NCBI GenBank assembly: GCA_965223415.1
Contig: OZ245002.1
Span: 3,648,001-3,712,000, forward strand
DNA length: 64,000 nucleotides
Reading direction: 5' to 3'
DNA from: Myxococcota bacterium
Lineage (GTDB): Bacteria > Myxococcota_A > UBA9160 > UBA6930
A program made the position numbers and the translations under genes. Below the pieces are notes generated by a model, which saw only the letters and a program-made list of their open reading frames with translations, was not told where the DNA came from and did no database searches. Positions 1 to 9,814 of the stretch are shown one piece after another (position 1 is the stretch's first letter; the number at the start of each line of letters is the position of its first letter).

Positions 1-2
1 CG

Positions 3-272
3 GTCGACGCCACCTCACGCAGCAACCCCAACCTGCTCGACACGCTGGCGGAGATCGCCTTCATCCGGGGCCGGCCGGAGGACGCCGTCGCCCTGATCGA
101 CGAGGCCATCGCCCTGGCCCCGGAAGAGCCCTACTACCGGGAGCAGCGGCGCCGCTTCACCGGTGAGCGTGCCGCCGACGATCGCCCGGCGGACCCGTCG
201 CTCCCGCCGCCGCGGCAGCGGCACCCCCCTCCGTCTCGCGAGCCGCTTCCGGAAGACGGCTTGCGGGTGTAG
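3..272 (+). CDS. C-terminal fragment of a TPR-containing protein (truncated by the window edge)
   Basis: Open frame from 3 to TAG at 270-272 reads ...NPNLLDTLAEIAFIRGRPEDAVALIDEAIALAPEEPYYREQ..., a typical TPR helix pair, with GC3-rich codons. Confidence 0.7.
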   Translation, partial: VDATSRSNPNLLDTLAEIAFIRGRPEDAVALIDEAIALAPEEPYYREQRRRFTGERAADDRPADPSLPPPRQRHPPPSREPLPEDGLRV

Positions 273-298
273 GTCGGGCCCGATCGCCCGGCGACCCG

Positions 299-1260
299 TC
301 ACTCGACGAGCTCGCCGTCCTCCGGGATGACAACGGCGCCGCGGAAGCTCTCGCTCACCAGGTTCCGATACTGGGATTGGAATACCGGAGGAGGGCGCAG
401 CCGCGTCAGGACGAGGCCGCGCACGCCAGCGCGCGTGGCCAGGGCGCCGGCGTCCTCGAGGCGCAGGTGGCGGGCGCCTTCCGCCTGGAGCTCCTCGAGC
501 TGGTCCACCTCCGCTTCACTCGCGGCGTCGAGGGAGGCGCCGTAGAGGGCCTCGGTCCAAAGCCAGTCCGCGTCCTTGGCGAGGGCCGCCACCGCCGCCG
601 TGGGGAGCCCATGGCTGGCGATCGCGATGGACCGGCCGCCGGATTCGATCCGCACGCCCAGGGTGGCCGGCTCGCTTCCGGCGAGCGGCACGACCCGGAC
701 GGTCATGGCGCCGACCTCGAGCTGGGTCTCCGCCGAGATCTCGCGGACCGTGGTGAGCCCGCCCTCCGGCGGCAGGCCCCACCACTCGGCCAGGCGAAGG
801 GCCTCGGCCTCGTGGGCGCTGCGCAGTCGCTCCACCAGGGCCGCCGTGCCCGGTGGCCCGAGCACGGTGAGCGGTGCCTCCCGCCGGCCGAGCCAGCCCG
901 TGAGCCACAGGTCGTCCAGGCCCAGGGTGTTCTCCGGGAGCAGCGAGGTGAGGACGAGATGGGAGGGCTGCCAGACCGGGATCTCGGCGGCTCGCAGCGC
1001 TTGCGTGACGCCGCGGCCCGCGTCCACCAGCACCATGGCGTCGCTGGTCCCGACCGCCACCGCCGGACCGAGGCGGTTGTGGTTCTCGAAGGTCCCCCCG
1101 GTACCGACGGCCACGGCCGACAGGGTCTCGAACTTCCGGGCCTCGAGGGCGGCGATGCCTCCCGCCACCGCCTCGAAGCGCTTCGACGCCCAGGCCATCA
1201 CCCACATCACGACGACCAGGACGAAGAGCACCGCCAGCACACCCAGGCGCAGACCGCCGC

Positions 1261-1264
<4 letters not shown>
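299..1264 (-). CDS. Membrane-anchored RNase Z/BN-like metallo-beta-lactamase-fold protein with degenerate metal motifs
   Basis: ATG at 1264 overlaps the purU stop (ATGA). N-terminal TM helix, then GTGG, LVDAG.G and LTVLGPPGT motifs of the RNase Z family. The HxHxDH position reads TSLLPEN. Confidence 0.75.
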
Positions 1265-2127
<863 letters not shown>

Positions 2128-2233
2128 GGGCGGCGATGCTAGCCACGCCCCGGGCCGTCTGATAGGGTGCCGGACAGGGGAAATCACTCATTCCCGAGTC
2201 TCGGCGGGCGGTTCGTCCGCGCCGGCGAGGCGA

Positions 2234-2441
2234 CCCGGGGCGGTGGGATCGGCGCCCTCAAGGCACCCGGGACCGAAGCGAGAACTGGGTCTCGTGGGGT
2301 ACGACCAACGCCGAGAAGGAGGTGCACAAACTTGGACCAATCTCAACCTACGGCGAGTGAGGTGGCGGCGTTCTAGCCACCCGAGCCGAAGATTGATTCT
2401 TCTCGGTCGTTGGGACGTCGTCCCAGGCCACCGCCCCCGGG
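2234..2441. ncRNA. Candidate structured non-coding RNA (unassigned family), possibly carrying a 14-codon sORF
   Basis: Closing inverted repeat GGGGCGGTGG (2237-2246)/CCACCGCCCC (2428-2437). Long inner stem CCAACG-CCGAGAAGGA (2305-2320)/TTCTTCTCGG-T-CGTTGG (2397-2413), then CAATCT/AGATTG and an apical GGTGGC/GCCACC hairpin. Lower GC than the flanks, no convincing long ORF. Confidence 0.45.
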
Positions 2442-2753
2442 AGCGCGGACGCCGTAGCCGCATCCGGGTCCACGAGGACCTGCTCCCGGGGGTCGCTCAT
2501 TCCGCGACCGGCTGCGCGTCGGCGACCTGAGGGCGTCGGAGCTCCGGGACGGCTCGAAGCCCGCGCAGCGCCCCGCTTCCTGCCCGGACGGGGAAGGAGC
2601 TCGGAACCTCCGGGCTCCGGCGAGGAGAGGGCGCCGCGCGGGCGGAACCTCGAACCGCATCCAAGCTGGCATGCCCGCCCGACGCAGGCTGTGCGCGCGG
2701 TCACAGGGGTGCCATCATCCCACTCCATGCAATCACTTCCGGATCGACACAGG

Positions 2754-4142
2754 ATGCGCCGCCTGCTCGCAGGGGTCGTGCTGGGGGCGGCCCTGGCCGC
2801 GAGCGCCAGCGCGGTCTCGCCGGAGGAGCGCCTCGCGGCGGCGCTCCGCTTCCCGACGGTTTCCCACCAGGATCCGGGACGTTTCGACCCGGAGCCCTTC
2901 CAGGCGCTCCACGCCTTCCTGGAGGAGAGCTTTCCCCGCGTCCACTCCGCACTCCGGCGGGAGGTCGTGGCCGACTACAGCCTCCTCTACACCTGGCAGG
3001 GAAGCGACCCCTCGCTCCAGCCCCTGCTCCTCACCGCCCACCTCGACGTGGTTCCCGTGCCCGAGGGCACCGAGGACAGCTGGGAGCAGCCCCCTTGGAG
3101 CGGCGTCATCGTCGACGATCACGTCTGGGGCCGCGGTGCCCTCGATGACAAGGTCGGTGTGCTCGCCGCCCTCGAGGCGGTGGAGAACCTGCTCACCGGG
3201 GGCTTCGCGCCGCGACGCACGGTGCTGCTGGCCTTCGGCCACGACGAGGAGCTGGGCGGAGAGGCCGGGGCCGGTGCGATCACCGCGCTCCTCGAGGAGC
3301 GCGGCGTTCGCCTCTGGTTCAGCCTGGACGAGGGGATGGTCATCGCCCAGGACGGGGTGTTCGGCCTCGGGGCCCCCGTCGCGCTCATCGGGATCGCCGA
3401 GAAGGGGTACCTGTCCCTTCGCTTGACGGCGCGCGCGCCCGGCGGTCACTCGAGCATGCCGCCGAGAAGCGGTGCGATCGGCGCCCTCGCCCGGGCCGTC
3501 ACGGCCCTGGAGGAGAAACCGATGCCCGCGCGCACGGGCGGCGTCTTCGGCGAGACGATCCGCGCGATCGTTCCCCACCTCTCCCTCGGCCGTCGGCTCG
3601 TGCTCGGGACACCGCTCCTCTCGCGGCTGGCCCTGGCCGGCGTCGCCCGCGACCCGGCAGCCAACGCCTTCGTCCGCACGACCACCGCCGTGACCATGGC
3701 CGGCGCCGGCACGAAGGAGAACATCCTTCCGCGAGAGGCGTGGGCGCTGGCGAACTTCCGGATCGTGCCCGGCGACACGAGCGGCGAGGTGGTGGAACGG
3801 GTGCGGGCGATCGTCGGCCCGGAGATCGAGATCGAGGTCGTCCGGGCCCGGGAGCCTTCGACCACCTCCGATCCGGGGTCGGCGCCCTACCTCCTGCTCC
3901 GGGACACCCTCGCAGCCGTTGCTCCGGAGACGCGGGTGGTGCCGGGGCTCGTGGTCGGCGGCACGGACACCAAGCACTACGGTCGCATCGCCGACCAGAG
4001 CTTCCGCTTCACGCCGATCCGCATCCAGCTCTCGGACCGGACCCGCATCCACGGGGTGAGCGAACGCCTGGCGGTGGACTCCTACCTCGAGGCCATTCGC
4101 TGGTACGAGGCCCTTCTCGAGCGGGGGGCCGGCGGCGGCTGA
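2754..4142 (+). CDS. M20 family metallopeptidase/amidohydrolase (carboxypeptidase S/PM20D1-like), secreted
   Basis: Signal peptide MRRLLAGVVLGAALAASASA; motifs AHLDVVP, GRGALDDK, HDEE, DEG, GGHSS, GGTD, RIHGVSE. Confidence 0.9.
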   Translation: MRRLLAGVVLGAALAASASAVSPEERLAAALRFPTVSHQDPGRFDPEPFQALHAFLEESFPRVHSALRREVVADYSLLYTWQGSDPSLQPLLLTAHLDVVPVPEGTEDSWEQPPWSGVIVDDHVWGRGALDDKVGVLAALEAVENLLTGGFAPRRTVLLAFGHDEELGGEAGAGAITALLEERGVRLWFSLDEGMVIAQDGVFGLGAPVALIGIAEKGYLSLRLTARAPGGHSSMPPRSGAIGALARAVTALEEKPMPARTGGVFGETIRAIVPHLSLGRRLVLGTPLLSRLALAGVARDPAANAFVRTTTAVTMAGAGTKENILPREAWALANFRIVPGDTSGEVVERVRAIVGPEIEIEVVRAREPSTTSDPGSAPYLLLRDTLAAVAPETRVVPGLVVGGTDTKHYGRIADQSFRFTPIRIQLSDRTRIHGVSERLAVDSYLEAIRWYEALLERGAGGG

Positions 4143-4211
4143 GCCCGGGCCCCGACCGGCGGCGGCCCCGGGGCCGGTCCAGGTTTTCGCCCCATCTGCC
4201 GATGGAGGGAG

Positions 4212-4703
4212 ATGCGTCTCCCGCTCCTGGCCCTCGTCCTGCCGCTGCTCGCTGCGATCCCGGCGCTTGGCGAGGGGTCGTTCAACCGGTTGCCGTCGCC
4301 ACCGAAGCCAGCTCCCGCCGCGGAGACCGCTCCGGAGGTGTCGCCGGCCCCGGCGGCTCCGCAGGTCGCCGCGCCCGCCGCCGAGCCGTCGCCGGCCGTC
4401 GCGCCCGCACCGGCCGCGCCCGAGGAGGCCTCAGAGGAGGAGGCGCCCCTGGGCGAGCCCACCCACGGCGAGGTCTGCGTCTACGGACCCGAGGGCGTCG
4501 TCTACGGGCCCCGCGGACGGGACTGCGGAGACGAGGTTCCGGCTCCGTCGGCTGCCGCCGAGGGACGCCAGGGCCGCTGCATCTTCGGCGCCGGTGGCCG
4601 GGTGGTCTATGCGCCTCCCGGGGTCGATTGTGCCGGTACGCTCCAGGACTCGACGCCCGAAGCCTCGCGCCGGCGGCCTCGGGCGCGGCGCCTGCGCTAC
4701 TAG
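4212..4703 (+). CDS. Hypothetical secreted protein with Pro/Ala linker and two Cys-bounded repeats
   Basis: SD-like GGAGGG before ATG; signal peptide; repeats CVYGPEGVVYGPRGRDC and CIFGAGGRVVYAPPGVDC; GC3-rich codons. Confidence 0.7.
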   Translation: MRLPLLALVLPLLAAIPALGEGSFNRLPSPPKPAPAAETAPEVSPAPAAPQVAAPAAEPSPAVAPAPAAPEEASEEEAPLGEPTHGEVCVYGPEGVVYGPRGRDCGDEVPAPSAAAEGRQGRCIFGAGGRVVYAPPGVDCAGTLQDSTPEASRRRPRARRLRY

Positions 4704-5311
4704 GCCCGTTCCGGCGTCTCGGGGCGACCCGCCCCCTCGAGCCCGGTGTCGAGGGCTGCCAGGGCCTCGCCCAGCCAGCGCCGCGTTCCGGCCGGGTCCG
4801 CCATGCCGACCTGCTCGTGCAGGGCCCGGGTGAGCAGCGTCGCCATCAGTACGCCGATCCAGGGGCCCGGGTCGGCGAGCTCGAGGCCCCGACCTCCCAG
4901 GAAGCTACGGAACGCCTCGCGGAGCCCCAGGGCCTCCTCGAGCAGGGCCGGGGCCTGGCCGGAGCCGGCTCGGAGCCGGTCCTCCCGGGCCGGGTGGGAC
5001 ACCACCAGGAGGGTGATCGGCATGGCCTCCCGCAGGGAGTCGAGGGCGGCCAGGGCCAGCACGCCGAGCCCCTGGCGGAGGGTTTTCGCGCGGTCCGCCC
5101 GGCGCAGGGCGTCGGTCAGGTCCGGCCGCGGCACGCGCATGGCGCGGAAGAAGAGCTCGTCCTTCGTCCCGAAGCGCTGGAAGAGCACCCCCTCCGAGAC
5201 GCCGGCGTCGGCGGCGATGGCCCGGGTCGAGGCCCCGACGCCGTCGGCCAGGAAGCGGTCGCACGCAACCTCGAGCAGGCGTTCGTCGCTGATGGAGCGG
5301 CGTCGGGCCAT
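4700..5311 (-). CDS. TetR/AcrR family transcriptional regulator
   Basis: HTH STRAIAADAGVSEGVLFQRFGTKDELF near the N-terminus. Confidence 0.9.
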   Translation of the reverse strand: MARRRSISDERLLEVACDRFLADGVGASTRAIAADAGVSEGVLFQRFGTKDELFFRAMRVPRPDLTDALRRADRAKTLRQGLGVLALAALDSLREAMPITLLVVSHPAREDRLRAGSGQAPALLEEALGLREAFRSFLGGRGLELADPGPWIGVLMATLLTRALHEQVGMADPAGTRRWLGEALAALDTGLEGAGRPETPERA

Positions 5312-5338
5312 GACCGAGGATAGGGCGGGATCGGTTGA

Positions 5339-5355
5339 TGAGCATGTGCTTACAT
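5339..5355. promoter_or_regulatory. Putative TetR operator (imperfect palindrome)
   Basis: TGAGCA-TG-TGCTTA (5339-5352) in an AT-rich patch ~30 nt upstream of the TetR start, at the expected -35 region of its promoter. Confidence 0.45.
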
Positions 5356-5789
5356 ATAAACCAGGGTGACCCTCTCTTCCGAGCCGACCCTGGGTGCCGC
5401 CTCCCTCCCCGCGCGGGCGGTGCGGGTCGGGCCTTCTCCGCTGAGTCGGGCGGGATGGTGGCGGTGCTCCTGGTCGTCGAGTGGTGCTTCCCCGTACCAG
5501 CGGCGATGGCGCATGACCTGGCGCCACCTGTGGCGGCGCGACAGAGCTGCACTGCGATCACCACAGCGCGTCCACCCCGAGGCCGCCAACGAGGGCGCCG
5601 CCCGGTCGCTCTTGGACCTGCTCGGCGGGACCCTCCTGTATCGGCCCGGCGTGTCGCCCGCGGAGCTCGGGCTCCGGGCGGAGGACGGCGATCCCGGGGC
5701 AGCACCCGCCCTGGCGGGCCTTCCGGCTGCCCTTCAGCACTCGCCCCGTCGAGCCCCGCCGCGCTGAGCCGGCGCTATCCTGCGCGGCC

Positions 5790-6461
5790 ATGCTGAACGA
5801 TCTCCGCCCCTTCGAGCGACGCGTCCACTCCCAGTGCGGGGAGGACGGGGTGCTCGAGCACCTCTTCGCCACGATCGGCCCCGGCCGCCGCTACTTCGTC
5901 GAGTTCGGCGCCAAGGACGGGCTCTCGGTCTCGAACACCGCCAACCTGCGGCTTCACCACGGCTGGACCGGGCTCCTGCTGGACGCGGCCGCAGCCGACG
6001 GCGACGGCCTGGTGCGCCGCGCCTTCGTGACCGCCGAGAACGTGGACGACCTCTTCGAGGCCCACGGCGTCCCCAGGCGCTTCGACCTGCTCTCGATCGA
6101 CATCGACGGCAACGACTACTGGGTGTGGAAGGCCCTGGATCGCTTCACGCCCCGGGTCGTCGTGGTCGAGTACAACATCTTCTTCCAGCCCGGCGACGCG
6201 CGGACGATGCCCTACGACCCGGACCACGTCTGGATGGACGACAGCTGCTACCACGGCGCGAGCCTCGCGGCCCTCCGCAAGCTCGGCGACGCCAAGGGCT
6301 ACGCCCTCGTCCACACCGACAGCTGGTCCCCGAACGCCTTCTTCGTCCTGCGCTCCGAGCTGCCCGCCGACTTCGTCGAGCGCCCGACCGAAGCGCTCAC
6401 CGACTGGCGCCACTTCCACGAGCCCCCGGGAACCGCGGGCCTCGAATGGACGCGCGTCTGA
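5790..6461 (+). CDS. FkbM-like SAM-dependent methyltransferase
   Basis: HSQCGEDG, FVEFGAKDG..SNT, LLSIDIDGNDYWVW and VVVEYN motifs typical of this family. Confidence 0.8.
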   Translation: MLNDLRPFERRVHSQCGEDGVLEHLFATIGPGRRYFVEFGAKDGLSVSNTANLRLHHGWTGLLLDAAAADGDGLVRRAFVTAENVDDLFEAHGVPRRFDLLSIDIDGNDYWVWKALDRFTPRVVVVEYNIFFQPGDARTMPYDPDHVWMDDSCYHGASLAALRKLGDAKGYALVHTDSWSPNAFFVLRSELPADFVERPTEALTDWRHFHEPPGTAGLEWTRV

Positions 6462-6481
6462 ACACAGTACCGGTGTTGCGC

Positions 6482-8998
6482 TCACCTCGGCTCGGGCCAG
6501 ACCTCGGAGACGCTCGGGTCGGCGGGGGCGTTGGCGAAGACTTCCGGGGGCAGCAGGGCGGCCGCGGCGGCCATGGCCTGGCCCGCGGGCTCGCGGAGTC
6601 CGACCGAGTACAGCGCGCCCGCGGTCTGCAGCGCGTGGCCTCCGTCGCCGGCTCGGCGCTCCGCTTCGCCGAGGCCCGGGAAGGCTGGCGCCGCGGCGAG
6701 GCTCGCCTCGCGCAAGGCCTTGCCGATCTGCACCCAGGCGGGTCCGACGACCGGATCGAGCTTTCCTCGCCTCCCGCCGGCGTGGCCGCGGGCCGCCAGG
6801 TATTCCAGGTGGGGGCGATCATCGGTGTTGCGTGGCGCGCCCGCGCCGTAGGGGCCGAGGCGGCCTACGTAGAGGGACCAGAAGGCCTCCGGGTACGTCA
6901 CCCACCGGTCCGCCTCCCCGGCCTTCGACAGCGCGGCCACGCGCGCGGCGATCGTCTCCGCGTTCGGTACCTCGCCGCGCCATCCCACCAACGCCACGAT
7001 CGGGAAGCGCCCGTAGAAATCGCCGCGGAACACCACCGCTTCGGGAAAGACGCGGTCGAAGGTCGCGGCGATGCTCGAGAGCTCCGGCTCCGAGAGCTGG
7101 TAGAGCGGTAGCCACTGGCAGAAGAGCCCGCCTTCGTCGAGATGGGCGCGGGCCGCGGCGAAGTGCGCCTCGCTGTAAAGCGATCCGGTGCCCGCGCGCC
7201 AGGGAACGAACAGGTCGGCGACGATCACGTCGAAGCGCTGCCCGGTGCTGCGCAGGAAGCTCCGCGCGTCGTCCAGCACCACCCGCGTCCGCGGATCCAG
7301 GTAGACGCCGCGGTTCACGTCGGAGAAGAAGCCGGCGGCGCGCGCGACGCCCGGCACCAGCTCGACCAGGGTGAGCTCCTCCACAGGATGGGCCAGGGCG
7401 GCGCCGGCGCTGCTGGCGGTCGCCGAGCCCACGAAGAGGGCGCGCTTCGGGGCCGGGTGGAGCAGGAGGGGCAGGTGGCCCTGGCGTTCCTGATGCACCC
7501 GGTCCGCGCTGCCGCCGAGGGCGTAGTGGTTGTCGGTCTGCAGGAAGCGCCCGCCGTCGCGCTCGATCACCGCGACCAACCCCGCCGGCGTCTCCTCGCC
7601 GAACAACAGGCGGTCGTCGCCCTCGAGACGCAAGGCGGGCAGGTCCATCGGGCTGCCGCGAGAGAGGATCGCGAGCCAGGCCAGACCGAGGGCTGCGTCC
7701 CGGAGGAGGCGCGACTGGCCCGGCGCCGTCGGGACGACGACGGCGACGATGCCGTACAGCACAGCGACCGCAACGAAGCCCAGCCACAGCCCCAGGCCCG
7801 GAAGCAAGACGTAGGGCGCGAGCAGGGCGCCGGCCACTGCGCCGGCCGTATTGGCGGCCAGGAGGCGGCCTGTGGTGGCGGCCGCGCCGGGTGCACCGCC
7901 TTCCCGCTTGCCGGCCGCGTGCAGCACGGCCGGGAACACCAGGCCCGACGCGAAGAGCGGCAGGCCCGCCACGCCGAAGGCCAGGCCGAAGGCGCTCCAG
8001 AGGTAGCCGGGCCAGGGTCGCTCGCTCCCCCAGTAGGCGAGCCCGTCGGTCGCCCCGACGAACAACGCCGGGAACCCGGCCCAGCCGATCGTTGCCGCCA
8101 CCGCCGCCCATCCGAGCAGGGTGCGCGCGCCGAGCCGGCCGGCGAGGAGCGCCACCGTGGCCGCCGCTGCGGCCAGGGCGATCAGCACGGTGACCAGCAC
8201 CACGCCGAATGCGTAGGTCGACTGGTTGAGCACCCGCGCGAAGGCCTGGACCAGGAGCGGCTGGCACGCGAACACGGCCACGCCCGACGCGGCGGCCAGG
8301 CCGAGGAGCATCCCGTCGGAGAGGGCCGGCTCGCCGGGCGCCTCGGGCACCGGCTCCCGCGGCGGAGCCGCGCGGCCCTCGCGTCCCCAGGACCAGGCGA
8401 GCCCGCCGGCGAGGGCCAGGGTGGCGACGCCCGCGCCATAGCCTCCGCGCACGCCCAGCCACTCGGGCAGCAGGAAGCTCGCGAGGGCGGCGCCGCCGGC
8501 GGCGCCCAGGGTGTTGGCGCCGAGGAGCGCCGCGCCCGCGCGGCCGAGGGACGTGCCAGGCCCGACGCAGCTCGCGACCAGGGCGGGCAGGGTGGCGCCG
8601 AAGAAGACGCCGGCCGGGGCCGCCGCCAGGAGCGCCGCGGCCAGGCGCAGTGCCGCCAGGGCGGCCGGCGTCTCGCGCAGCCCGTCGGAGGCCGCGTCGA
8701 CGATGCCGCGCAGCGCCCACAGGAGAAGGGGCACGGCCGCCGCTGCCGCCGCCGCACCCAGCTCGAGCCGGCCGTAGGTCGCGAGGGGTCGTTCGGCCCG
8801 CGCCGCGAGCCGTCCACCCCAGGCGGCGCCCAGCGCCTGTCCGGCGAAGAAGGCGACCAGGGTGGCCGAGACCGCCGGCGCCGTGGCGCCGAGCAGCAGC
8901 CGGAACCAGCGCAGCCAGAGCGTCTCCACCACCAGCGCACCGGCGCCGGAGAGCAGGAAGAGGGTGCAGCCCCGGGCGAGCGCCCGGCTCGCCGTCAC
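6482..8998 (-). CDS. Fused multi-TM (MFS-like)/spermidine synthase-like protein
   Basis: About 13 hydrophobic segments, then a spermidine-synthase-like domain (QGHLPLLLH, VELVPGV, DDARSFL, FDVIVADLF, GGLFCQWLP). GTG start inferred. Confidence 0.85.
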   Translation of the reverse strand: MTASRALARGCTLFLLSGAGALVVETLWLRWFRLLLGATAPAVSATLVAFFAGQALGAAWGGRLAARAERPLATYGRLELGAAAAAAAVPLLLWALRGIVDAASDGLRETPAALAALRLAAALLAAAPAGVFFGATLPALVASCVGPGTSLGRAGAALLGANTLGAAGGAALASFLLPEWLGVRGGYGAGVATLALAGGLAWSWGREGRAAPPREPVPEAPGEPALSDGMLLGLAAASGVAVFACQPLLVQAFARVLNQSTYAFGVVLVTVLIALAAAAATVALLAGRLGARTLLGWAAVAATIGWAGFPALFVGATDGLAYWGSERPWPGYLWSAFGLAFGVAGLPLFASGLVFPAVLHAAGKREGGAPGAAATTGRLLAANTAGAVAGALLAPYVLLPGLGLWLGFVAVAVLYGIVAVVVPTAPGQSRLLRDAALGLAWLAILSRGSPMDLPALRLEGDDRLLFGEETPAGLVAVIERDGGRFLQTDNHYALGGSADRVHQERQGHLPLLLHPAPKRALFVGSATASSAGAALAHPVEELTLVELVPGVARAAGFFSDVNRGVYLDPRTRVVLDDARSFLRSTGQRFDVIVADLFVPWRAGTGSLYSEAHFAAARAHLDEGGLFCQWLPLYQLSEPELSSIAATFDRVFPEAVVFRGDFYGRFPIVALVGWRGEVPNAETIAARVAALSKAGEADRWVTYPEAFWSLYVGRLGPYGAGAPRNTDDRPHLEYLAARGHAGGRRGKLDPVVGPAWVQIGKALREASLAAAPAFPGLGEAERRAGDGGHALQTAGALYSVGLREPAGQAMAAAAALLPPEVFANAPADPSVSEVWPEPR

Positions 8999-9026
8999 GA
9001 CGGAGCGCCGGCAGCCACGCCCGCCG

Positions 9027-9782
9027 TCACGACGAGGCGCCGGCGTTCCGGGCGGCCAGGGCTCGCTCCACGCGCTCCAGGTCTTCCGGCGTGTCCACCG
9101 GCACGCTCTCCCAACCCTCGATGACCGCGCAGCGGATGCGGTGGCCGTGCTCGAGGGCGCGCAGCTGCTCGAGGGCCTCGCTGCGCTCCAGCGGCGTCGG
9201 TGCCAGCCCGACGTACTCGAGGAGGAAGGGCCGACGATAGGCGTAGAGGCCGACGTGCTGCCAGATCGGGGCGGCCGCTTCACCCTTCCGCTGATGGGGG
9301 ATCGGGCTGCGCGAGAAGTAGAGGGCGTCGCCGTGGCGGGAGCGCACGACCTTGACCCGATTCGGGTCAGCGAGGGCCGCGGGCGGGGCGGCGTGGACCA
9401 GCGTCGCCATCGGCACGTCCGGGTCCTCGAGCAACGCCTCGACGACCGCGTCCACGACGAAGCCCTCGATCAGCGGTTCGTCGCCCTGGATGTTGACGAC
9501 CACCTCCGCGTCCAGGCCCGCGGCGACCTCGGCGAGGCGATCCGACCCGGTCGGATGGTCCGCTGCGGTCATCACCGCCTCTGCGCCGAAGGCCTGGCAC
9601 GCGCCGGCGATGCGCTCGTCGTCCGTGGCCACCAGCACCCGGGAGAGGCGCTTCGCCTGGCGCGCGCCCTCGACGACGTGCTGGATCATGGGCCGGCCGG
9701 CGATCTCCGCGAGGGGTTTGCCCGGAAACCGGCTCGAGGCCCAGCGCGCGGGAACCACGCCCACCGCCCGGAGGCTCGACAT
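9027..9782 (-). CDS. kdsB: 3-deoxy-manno-octulosonate cytidylyltransferase
   Basis: PARWASSRFPGKPLA, TGSDR, NIQGDEP, YFSRSPIP, HVGLYAY, LEQLRAL motifs. Confidence 0.95.
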   Translation of the reverse strand: MSSLRAVGVVPARWASSRFPGKPLAEIAGRPMIQHVVEGARQAKRLSRVLVATDDERIAGACQAFGAEAVMTAADHPTGSDRLAEVAAGLDAEVVVNIQGDEPLIEGFVVDAVVEALLEDPDVPMATLVHAAPPAALADPNRVKVVRSRHGDALYFSRSPIPHQRKGEAAAPIWQHVGLYAYRRPFLLEYVGLAPTPLERSEALEQLRALEHGHRIRCAVIEGWESVPVDTPEDLERVERALAARNAGASS

Positions 9783-9814
9783 GACGGCATGCTAGCGGAC
9801 GGGTACCCTGAGCG

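Noticed and set aside
2140..2480. ZMP/ZTP (pfl) riboswitch upstream of purU, or tmRNA, RNase P or SRP RNA
   Set aside because: I could not find the GUGACUGGCG/CGCCUGGGC elements, a T-loop with CCA end, GAGGAAAGUCC, or the CAGG-GNRA-AGCA motif. purU also looks leaderless.
2348..2500. 50-aa minus-strand ORF MSDPREQVLVDPD...
   Set aside because: No SD; codon bias collapses in the second half, which overlaps the structured element; no recognisable motif.
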